The position numbers and the translations under genes were made by a program. Shown in pieces: positions 18,933 to 26,298 of a stretch of DNA of 32,422 nt (its first letter is position 1; each line of letters begins with the position of its first letter). Location: contig JALWTP010000001.1 in NCBI GenBank assembly GCA_027082835.1, positions 1 to 32,422 on the forward strand, in the 5' to 3' direction. Source of the stretch: Candidatus Kaiserbacteria bacterium (GTDB lineage: Bacteria; Patescibacteriota; Minisyncoccia; Phycocordibacterales; UBA2100). Under the pieces are notes generated by a model. That model had not been told where the DNA came from. It saw nothing but the letters and a program-made list of their open reading frames with translations, and did not search any database.

Positions 18933-19201
18933 AACAAACAAAAAACCCGACGCTATTCGCGTAGGGTTCCTTTGTTTGTTAGTGCCGAAGGGGGGAATCG
19001 GTCACCTTTGCTAGATATTTTATTCGCGCTTCACGCTCTAAAATATCAAGCGACGCGACCCCGACGGCGCTTTCCGTCTCCGCTGTGCTACGACGGTCTT
19101 CGAGCGCGCCTCTTTTCGATTCCCCATTCAGCAACAAACAAAAAAACCCGACGCTATTCGCGTAGGGTTCCTTTGTTTGTTAGTGCCGAAGGGGGGAATC
19201 G
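18933..19201 (-). repeat. Direct repeat (18933-19000 = 19133-19201) of the tRNA-Leu 3' end plus terminator, enclosing a structured core and an inverted tRNA 3'-end copy (19115-19133)
   Basis: The 68/69-bp copies are identical except for one extra A; the core has several stems. Confidence 0.85.
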
Positions 19202-19265
19202 AACCCCCACTCCCGAAGGAATGCGATTTTGAGTCGCACGCGTCTACCAATTCCGCCACCTCGGC
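19184..19265 (-). tRNA. tRNA-Leu (CAA), no encoded CCA
   Basis: GCCGAGG...CTTCGGC A; anticodon arm TGCGA-CT CAA AA-TCGCA; variable arm TCC-TTCG-GGA; T arm GGGGG-TTCGATT-CCCCC. Confidence 0.96.
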
Positions 19266-19284
19266 AATTTCTCTATTTTTATAC

Positions 19285-19356
19285 ACTTCCGAGGAATGCG
19301 CAACTGACTATTGGGAGTCGCACACATGGTGTTTCTACCAATTCCGCCACCTCGGC
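19285..19356 (-). pseudogene. Rearranged copy of the 5' two-thirds of tRNA-Leu (tRNA-like)
   Basis: 42-bp exact repeat 19334-19375 = 19243-19284, then recognisable anticodon-stem and variable-arm pieces with two insertions; no T arm. Confidence 0.65.
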
Positions 19357-19509
19357 AATTTCTCTATTTTTATACTTTTGAAGTATATATACTCTTTCGT
19401 TTAGAGTGCTCTTATTGTACATATTTTTCTCACAATTGCATGTTACACGCACCTTCTTTCCACTTGTTCACAATTTATAAGAGAGGCAACTATGATATAC
19501 TATGCGCGT

Positions 19510-20658
19510 ATGGCATCAGACTTTTATGACAATTCGGTTTTTTGGATAGAGGTGGAGCGCATCCATCCCAATCCATTCCAGCCACGAAAAGAGTTTGATC
19601 AGATGGCTCTTGAGAGTCTTGCTGACTCCATTAAACAATACGGAGTACTGCAGCCACTTGTAGTAACACGAAAAGAAAGAGAGCGAAGCGATGGTGGTAT
19701 ATCCGTAGAGTATGAACTAGTAGCAGGAGAGCGAAGGCTTCGTGCATCTAAGCTTGCATCATTGCGGCAGGTTCCAGTGCTTATTCGTAGCGCAGAAGAC
19801 ACCGACAAAATGAAGCTTGAAATAGCCATTATTGAAAACTTACAACGAGAAGATTTGAATCCGATAGACCGAGCACTTGCATTTAAGCAACTTGCCGATA
19901 ACTTTAACCTCAAGCATATTGAAATTGCAAAGAAGGTGGGAAAGAGTAGAGAGTATGTATCCAATTCACTTCGTCTTTTGTCACTACCTGAAGAAGTAAA
20001 AGAGTCGGTTATAGCAGGGAAAATAACCGAGGGACACACTCGTCCGCTTCTTATGCTTGTAGATCGTCCTGAAGAGCAACAAAAACTACATAATGAAATA
20101 ATAGAGCGACATGTCACCGTGCGCGAGGCAGAGAGAATAGCTCGTGGTATCGCAACCGAACGAGCGCGGAAGAAAGATTTGCCTCTGGAACTTGAAAAAC
20201 TTGAAAAAGAACTCAGTGAAAAGCTCGGTACACGCGTGCAAATAGAGCAACGAGAAAAGGGGGGAAAATTGCACATAGACTTTTATTCACCCGACGACAT
20301 CCAAACGCTTTTAAACAAAGTCTTAAATGCCTCTATGCAACAAGCACAGCCAGCACCGATGGAAAATATTCAAGAGGACGCAAGTACTACAGATGAGATA
20401 GTAGTGGATATAGTAGAAACTGACAAGGTGAATAAAGACGAGAGTATTGCAAGCGAAGACAATATGGTTAAGTCACCACTTATGGCGTTTGTAGAGGACA
20501 ATGGGGTGTGTGAGGAAAATATAACAAACACACAACAGTCATCGCCGATCGAGGAAGGGCAATTGTCGGAAAGTGTGGATATGTTTAATGAGAATACCGA
20601 AAGCGAAATGGATTCTGATGAGGACGATATTTATTCTCTCAAAAATTTTGTTGTATAA
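19510..20658 (+). CDS. parB: ParB/Spo0J family protein with long acidic C-terminal tail
   Basis: PNPFQPRK, GVLQP, AGERRLRA, ENLQREDLNP and an HTH (GKSREYVSNSLRLL). Start MASDF at 19510. Confidence 0.93.
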   Translation: MASDFYDNSVFWIEVERIHPNPFQPRKEFDQMALESLADSIKQYGVLQPLVVTRKERERSDGGISVEYELVAGERRLRASKLASLRQVPVLIRSAEDTDKMKLEIAIIENLQREDLNPIDRALAFKQLADNFNLKHIEIAKKVGKSREYVSNSLRLLSLPEEVKESVIAGKITEGHTRPLLMLVDRPEEQQKLHNEIIERHVTVREAERIARGIATERARKKDLPLELEKLEKELSEKLGTRVQIEQREKGGKLHIDFYSPDDIQTLLNKVLNASMQQAQPAPMENIQEDASTTDEIVVDIVETDKVNKDESIASEDNMVKSPLMAFVEDNGVCEENITNTQQSSPIEEGQLSESVDMFNENTESEMDSDEDDIYSLKNFVV

Positions 20659-20661
20659 AAC

Positions 20662-22257
20662 TTAGCTATCGGTTTGGTGAGACCCTTGTGGAGTGAGGTA
20701 TGCTTTTATATGTCGCTTTGCTAGAGATGTCTTTGCCAGTGAAAGCCATTTTTGTGTGGGGTGTGATTTGGGGCTGGTGGTAATTTCAACCACATCACCA
20801 TTTTTCAGTGGGGTATCGAGTGATGCCAATTTGCCATTTACTTTTGCGCCCGACATATGGTTTCCGATTTCCGAATGGATGGCATAGGCGAAGTCTATCG
20901 GACTTGCGTTGATAGGGAGGTCAATAACATCACCACGAGGAGTAAAGACAAATACACGAAAATTAAAGAAGTCACTTTTAATGTCTTGTAAGAATGCCTT
21001 TGGGTCTGAATTGCTTGAAAGCTTTGGATCGCCTATATTTTTGAGCCATTCAGGGGTCTCGGCGTTTGAATAGGTATTTTCTCCATTTTCAGTGTGTCCC
21101 TGGCTCTCCATCCATATGCGCGCAGGTATAAACTGGCGTATCCAGCTCATCGCTCCGCCTCGGGAGTGATTACCTCGTGTTGTTGCTTCTTTGTAAGTAA
21201 AGTGTGATGCCACACCCCACTGTGCTTCTTTGTGCATTTCTTCGGTGCGTATTTGTATTTCTATGTTGTCGTTTTCGCCTGTGTGTACGGTAGTGTGTAT
21301 ACTGCGATATCCGTTTGGCTTTGGGGCGGCGATGTAGTCTTTCAATCTGCCGTATAGTGGGCGCCATTCACTGTGTACAATACCCAATACTGTATAGCAG
21401 TCGCTCACGGTTGGCACGATTATTCGCAGTGCCCAAATATCATTTATCTGTGCGCTGTCCCAATTTTTGCGCTCAAGTTTTCGGTATAAACTATAGAGAC
21501 CTTTGATCCTACTCATTGTGCGAAACTTTTTCACTCCATACTCTCCCAGTTTCTTCCGCAAGTTATTATGTATGTGCTCCAGTCGTTTCAATTCTTCTCC
21601 GCCCATTTCTTTAAATATCTGCTTTGTTCGTTTGTATTCTTCGGGGTATGCAAAAGGGAACACTGCATCTTCTATTTCTCGCTTCATTACTCCCATTCCG
21701 AGACGGTCTGCTATAGGAGCGTATATTTCCAGTGTTTCGTGTGCTATGCGACTGCGTTTGTCTTCGCGCGGCACAAATTCAAGCGTGTGTGCATTGTGTA
21801 GACGGTCGGCAAGTTTGATGAGCATTACCCGCACATCTTGCGATGTCGCAGCAAACAATTTTCGTAGACTTTCCGTGTGGCGTTGCATCCCGTGATAGCG
21901 CACATGACCTAATTTCGTTACTCCCTCTACCAAATTTGCCACTTCCTCGCTGGTTGCCTGTGCAATTTGTTCGTGTGTTATATCGCTGTCTTCCAGGGTA
22001 TCGTGCAAAAGCCCAGCAGATACAATGGTCGGACCCATACCTATCTTTGCAAGATACAAAGCGGTGCATACAACATGGTTAAGATATGGCTCTCCCGAGT
22101 ATCGCTTTTGTCCGCGATGTGCTTTTCTTGCCAATTCGTATGCGCGCGTCACAAAGTCTTTGTCTGATTGCACCTTAAGCTCCATTTTCTCTAAAATATC
22201 AAAAAGTGCTTTTGGAGCGGTTGGCGTCTTGTTCTTACTTGTTGCCTTTTCTGCCAT
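20662..22257 (-). CDS. RelA/SpoT homolog (HD + synthetase + TGS; lacks ZFD/ACT)
   Basis: H..Q.RYSGEPY, LLHDTLED, KLADRLHN, KDYIAAPKPNGYRSIH, EIQIRT, DFAYAIHSEIG. Confidence 0.93.
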   Translation of the reverse strand: MAEKATSKNKTPTAPKALFDILEKMELKVQSDKDFVTRAYELARKAHRGQKRYSGEPYLNHVVCTALYLAKIGMGPTIVSAGLLHDTLEDSDITHEQIAQATSEEVANLVEGVTKLGHVRYHGMQRHTESLRKLFAATSQDVRVMLIKLADRLHNAHTLEFVPREDKRSRIAHETLEIYAPIADRLGMGVMKREIEDAVFPFAYPEEYKRTKQIFKEMGGEELKRLEHIHNNLRKKLGEYGVKKFRTMSRIKGLYSLYRKLERKNWDSAQINDIWALRIIVPTVSDCYTVLGIVHSEWRPLYGRLKDYIAAPKPNGYRSIHTTVHTGENDNIEIQIRTEEMHKEAQWGVASHFTYKEATTRGNHSRGGAMSWIRQFIPARIWMESQGHTENGENTYSNAETPEWLKNIGDPKLSSNSDPKAFLQDIKSDFFNFRVFVFTPRGDVIDLPINASPIDFAYAIHSEIGNHMSGAKVNGKLASLDTPLKNGDVVEITTSPKSHPTQKWLSLAKTSLAKRHIKAYLTPQGSHQTDS

Positions 22258-22334
22258 AGCTATATAGTACGGTACTCTTGCATTTTATCAAAATATATCT
22301 ACCCTATTGTGTTGGGAACTGTAGGAGAAAAAGG

Positions 22335-22538
22335 ATGACACAGTTAATGCCGGAGGATGTGCTTCGCGGCAGCAAGGTCGCCACACATCAGTGCCTTCAG
22401 TGCGGGAAATATATGTACATTCCGCCGGAGGTGCAAAAGATGCGCGAAATCATAAAACACGATATGGGTTTTATGGTGTTGCGCCCCGAACAACGAATGG
22501 TGTTTGTTGCGCAAGAGTTCAAAAAGCGCTTGGTGTAA
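22335..22538 (+). CDS. Small hypothetical protein (67 aa) with HxCxxC
   Basis: AGGAGAAAAAGG precedes the ATG; followed by a terminator; occupies the RSH-topA gap. Confidence 0.5.
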   Translation: MTQLMPEDVLRGSKVATHQCLQCGKYMYIPPEVQKMREIIKHDMGFMVLRPEQRMVFVAQEFKKRLV

Positions 22539-22562
22539 CGGAGCAGAAACCGTAGGAACTGA

Positions 22563-22590
22563 AAATCGCGCAGAGATGCGCGATTTCTTT
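22563..22590. terminator. Terminator between the small ORF and topA (convergent)
   Basis: AAATCGCGCA-GAGA-TGCGCGATTT followed by a T-tract. Confidence 0.8.
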
Positions 22591-24810
22591 TTATTTATTG
22601 AGTTTATGCGGATTGTGATTTGGACATGCTTTATCACTGCATCGCTCAGGAATTGTTTTCGTCCCTTCCATCATTAGCTCTCCGCACATTGGGCATTTGT
22701 TTCCGGTAGGTTTTGCTTTTATCGCATGCTTACAATCAGGGTAGTTAGAACAGCTGTAAAACGCACCGAAACGGCCGTGTCTCTCTACCATTTCGCCATC
22801 TTTACACTTGGTACATTTCACTCCGGTAGAATTAAGAAGGGCGTCCTGCTTTATATACTTACATTTTGGATAACGATTACATGAGATAAAGCGACCAAAC
22901 TTTCCTTCGCGCTCTACGAGCTTGCCCGGTTCGTGCTTTGCACGAGGTCCCGGGGTCCCACACTTAGGACAAAGTTCTCCTATCTCTTTTGGTGGTTCCA
23001 TAATACTTCCGTCATCTTTGCGTGCGCCACTACACTCTGGGAAATCGGAGCAACTCATAAACTTACCATTGCGCGAAAGCTTCCAGAGCATATCTTTGCC
23101 ACATTCAGGGCATTTAAACTCTTCCGGAGCAGGACCCATATTGGTTATTTTTTCTATATCGTTTTTGCTTTGCACATCCTTCAAAAATGGTGTGTAAAAA
23201 TCTTTCAATGTTTTAGCATATTCTCGTTTTCCTTCTGCTATTTCGTCCAATTCATTTTCCATTTCTGCGGTAAAGGTGTCGCTGATGTATGATTTAAAAT
23301 GATCTTCTAAGAAGCTACTTACCACATCTCCAGTGTCGGTCGGAATGAGTGTCTTGCCTTCTTTTTGTACATATCCTCTATCTACGATGGTGCGCATTAT
23401 TGAGGCATAGGTACTTGGACGACCAATACCTCTTTTTTCCAATTCTTTAATAAGTCCCGCCTCAGAGTATCTTGATGGCGGAAGTGTTTCTTTCCCTTCT
23501 GATTCAATAGATACAAGAGAAAGTGGCTCTCCTTTTTCTACTTTTGGAAGTTCCACATCTTCACCACGCGCCATAGGGTCCGCCAAGAGCCACCCTTTGT
23601 CTATGAGTCGCGATCCAGTAACGGAAAAGTCAGGTACCGCTTCGGCATCCACTTCGGCAATGATTTTTGTTCGTGCAAGTTGTGCATCCTTCATTTGACT
23701 GGAAACAGCACGAGACCATATAAGAGAGTAAAGTTTTTTCTGTTCCTCATTTATGCCGGCACTCATCTTGCTTATGTTTGTAGGACGCACAGCTTCGTGT
23801 GCCTCCTGAGCCGATTTAGAGCGTGATTTGTACGCGCGAATTTGAAGCATATCTTTCCCATATTCTTTTTCTATAAATGAAGCAATTTGTCCCGTGGCCT
23901 GTTTTGAGAGTGTTGGACTGTCGGTACGCATATAGGTTATCAATCCTGCTTCGTAGAGTTTTTGTGCGATACCCATAGTACGCGAAGGAGCAAATCCCAA
24001 TCGTGAACTTGCTGTTTGTTGCAGTGTGGAAGTAGTAAACGGCGCGCGAGGTGCTCGTTTTGCAGAAGTCTCTTTTACCTCTTTCACTTTCCATGAATTG
24101 TTTTTAGCACTTTCTACAATGGAGTCAGCATCTTCTTGTGATTTTGGCTCTTCTACACACACAAGCGATAGTGGTTCTTTGGTCTTTGTTTTCGTTTGCG
24201 CCTCTATGACCCAATATTTCTCGGGTACGAACGCACGAATTTCTCGTTCTTTCTCCATAATGATGCGAAGCGCAGGTGATTGCACGCGTCCGGCAGAGAG
24301 GCCGTAGCGAACTTTTTTCCAGATAAGTCCTGACAGGTCGTACCCCACAAGTCTATCCAATACCCGTCGCGCCTCTTGCGCCTCTTTAAGATGCATATCT
24401 ACAGCACGAGGATTGTGAAGAGCTTCCTGTACGGCGTCTTTGGTAATTTCGTTAAAGGCAATTCGTTTTGGATTTTTTAATCCTAATACTTCTTGCAAGT
24501 GCCACGCAATTGCTTCTCCTTCACGATCGGGGTCGGTAGCAAGTATTACTTCATCTGATTTCTTTGCGAGTGATTTGAGTTCGCTAATGACCTTTTTCTT
24601 CAAAGGTGAAACTTCATAGTGTGGTGTAAAGTTATTTTCAATATCAATTGCTTTTGCGTTGTTTTTCGGCAAGTCGCGTATGTGTCCTACACTTGCGCGT
24701 ACGGTAAAACCCTCACCGAGATATTTCTCGATTGTTTTTGCTTTTGCCGGACTCTCCACGATAACGAGTCGTTTTTTCAGCGAATCTTTTTTGTTTTCCG
24801 TTTTTGCCAT
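22591..24810 (-). CDS. topA: DNA topoisomerase I with C-terminal Zn ribbons
   Basis: IVESPAKA, ATDPDREGE, SAGRVQS, ITYMRTD, GIGRPSTY, repeated C4 ribbons. Start MAKTEN. Confidence 0.97.
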   Translation of the reverse strand: MAKTENKKDSLKKRLVIVESPAKAKTIEKYLGEGFTVRASVGHIRDLPKNNAKAIDIENNFTPHYEVSPLKKKVISELKSLAKKSDEVILATDPDREGEAIAWHLQEVLGLKNPKRIAFNEITKDAVQEALHNPRAVDMHLKEAQEARRVLDRLVGYDLSGLIWKKVRYGLSAGRVQSPALRIIMEKEREIRAFVPEKYWVIEAQTKTKTKEPLSLVCVEEPKSQEDADSIVESAKNNSWKVKEVKETSAKRAPRAPFTTSTLQQTASSRLGFAPSRTMGIAQKLYEAGLITYMRTDSPTLSKQATGQIASFIEKEYGKDMLQIRAYKSRSKSAQEAHEAVRPTNISKMSAGINEEQKKLYSLIWSRAVSSQMKDAQLARTKIIAEVDAEAVPDFSVTGSRLIDKGWLLADPMARGEDVELPKVEKGEPLSLVSIESEGKETLPPSRYSEAGLIKELEKRGIGRPSTYASIMRTIVDRGYVQKEGKTLIPTDTGDVVSSFLEDHFKSYISDTFTAEMENELDEIAEGKREYAKTLKDFYTPFLKDVQSKNDIEKITNMGPAPEEFKCPECGKDMLWKLSRNGKFMSCSDFPECSGARKDDGSIMEPPKEIGELCPKCGTPGPRAKHEPGKLVEREGKFGRFISCNRYPKCKYIKQDALLNSTGVKCTKCKDGEMVERHGRFGAFYSCSNYPDCKHAIKAKPTGNKCPMCGELMMEGTKTIPERCSDKACPNHNPHKLNK

Positions 24811-24963
24811 ATTTTGCAAGTGCACCTCCATCACGCGAGGTGCATAAACGGTAGAGTTACACGACTTTGCAAAAAATGCAAAGAAAGTTTGGTGTAAAGT
24901 AGATATTTTCTTGACATATCTATCTCAAAGGAGTTTAGTATATATTAGGAAAGGAGGGTGGCT

Positions 24964-25299
24964 ATGAGTATTCGTTTTACGGCACTCTTGATTGCGTTGC
25001 TGATGCCGAATATTGCATCAGCAGGACCAGATCATAAAGGGATGTGTCATACACACCACTACTACCATCCAAATACAAACGGCGATTTGGTGGAAGATGT
25101 GTCGCGTCGCGTGACACACTGTGGTCCGCAGATGAGCGCAACACCACAATACAAACAGTCTCCAATCGGGGCGCTTATACGAGGTGGTGGAGTGGTGTAC
25201 TCCAAAGATACTTCGTATACAACGAAAAAAGGAACGACGGTAAAATGTCGTTTATCGGTCAAAATTACAGACGGTCTGCACTTTGACTGTCAGTTCTGA
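24964..25299 (+). CDS. Small secreted His/Cys-containing hypothetical protein (111 aa)
   Basis: Signal peptide ending ASA; GGAGG SD; TTGACA at 24911; own terminator. Confidence 0.6.
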   Translation: MSIRFTALLIALLMPNIASAGPDHKGMCHTHHYYHPNTNGDLVEDVSRRVTHCGPQMSATPQYKQSPIGALIRGGGVVYSKDTSYTTKKGTTVKCRLSVKITDGLHFDCQF

Positions 25300-25313
25300 T
25301 GATCTGAAAAAGA

Positions 25314-25339
25314 AACACCCGCGAGCGATTGCGGGTGTT
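25314..25339. terminator. Terminator between the secreted ORF and dprA
   Basis: AACACCCGCGA-GCGA-TTGCGGGTGTT (one G-U pair, GNRA loop). Confidence 0.75.
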
Positions 25340-25340
25340 C

Positions 25341-26225
25341 TTATATCTGAGTGAGGCGTACTTTCCCCAGTTTCTCTACTATCACACCTTCTAACTCCAA
25401 TTTAGAAAGGATAATATTTGCCTGTGTTATGGGGAGTGGAAGCCGTTCTAATAATTCATCTCGTGCAAGTGGGTTTTGTAAGAGCTTTAATACCTTTTGT
25501 TCGTCTTGTGAATACTTTTCATACTCAATTTGTTTAACATTGCTTTCTTTTTGCCTTGAAGTGTCAAAACCAAGTACTTCCAATATATCTTTTGGCTCGA
25601 TGATTGGAGTCGCACCCAACTTTAAAAATTGATGCGAGCCTTTGTGTGAGTGTGCAAATATAGAACCTGGAACCACGCAGAGTTCTCGGTTGTATTCGGT
25701 AGCAAGGCGCGCGGTTATCAGTGTCCCTGATTTTGGTGATGCTTCAATAACCAAAACCGCGTGACTCACACCCACCATCAATCTGTTTCGCTGTGGAAAT
25801 GTCCACTGCGCCGCCTTTTGTGTCGGAGAGTATTCACTCATAAGAGCGCCACCTGCTTTAAGTATCTCTTTTGCAATGTGTATATTTGAGCGAGGATAGA
25901 GAACATCTTCATCTAATCCTGAACCAGGAATGGCTATGGTTTGAAGTCCATTTTCAAGTGCATGCTTGTGCGCGTGAGAATCTATACCCAAGGCAAGCCC
26001 TGAGACGATGGTAATGGGGTATCCTTTTAGGCCCTGCAATAAATACTCCACAACATCTCTGCCATAGGCGGTTGCTTTACGCGATCCGACAACGGCAAGT
26101 ATTTTATTTTTTGAATACAAAGGAGAAACATCTCCTTGTGTATATAATTTCTTTGGCGCATCGGGGATTTCCTTCAAAAGCGAGGGGAAGTCACTGGGGA
26201 AGAGTTCTTTTATCTTCGTATCCAT
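25341..26225 (-). CDS. dprA: DNA-protecting protein DprA
   Basis: LLKEIPDAP, AVVGSR, VSGLALGID, FPQRNR, SGTLITA, C-terminal winged helix. True start MDTKIK. Confidence 0.95.
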   Translation of the reverse strand: MDTKIKELFPSDFPSLLKEIPDAPKKLYTQGDVSPLYSKNKILAVVGSRKATAYGRDVVEYLLQGLKGYPITIVSGLALGIDSHAHKHALENGLQTIAIPGSGLDEDVLYPRSNIHIAKEILKAGGALMSEYSPTQKAAQWTFPQRNRLMVGVSHAVLVIEASPKSGTLITARLATEYNRELCVVPGSIFAHSHKGSHQFLKLGATPIIEPKDILEVLGFDTSRQKESNVKQIEYEKYSQDEQKVLKLLQNPLARDELLERLPLPITQANIILSKLELEGVIVEKLGKVRLTQI

Positions 26226-26298
26226 AATAGTATAAAGTATAGCACTACGACACAGGAATAATTTCCAAATATACAAAATAGATATATACTGTACGCAT

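Noticed and set aside
18983-19356. Split or nested tRNA assembled from the 5' copy and the 3' copy
   Set aside because: The 5' strand of the T stem is missing from both pieces and there are no recognisable splicing motifs.
18933-19375. CRISPR array interpretation of the repeats
   Set aside because: There are only two copies of each repeat, both derived from tRNA-Leu or its terminator, and no cas genes.
19400-19500. oriC or parS next to parB
   Set aside because: Only degenerate DnaA-like 9-mers (two or more mismatches) are present, with no TGTTTCACGTGAAACA-like palindrome.
18972-19529. Short ORFs across the tRNA-Leu locus (18972-19232, 19177-19404, 19311-19529)
   Set aside because: They overlap the tRNA and the repeats and have no start signals.
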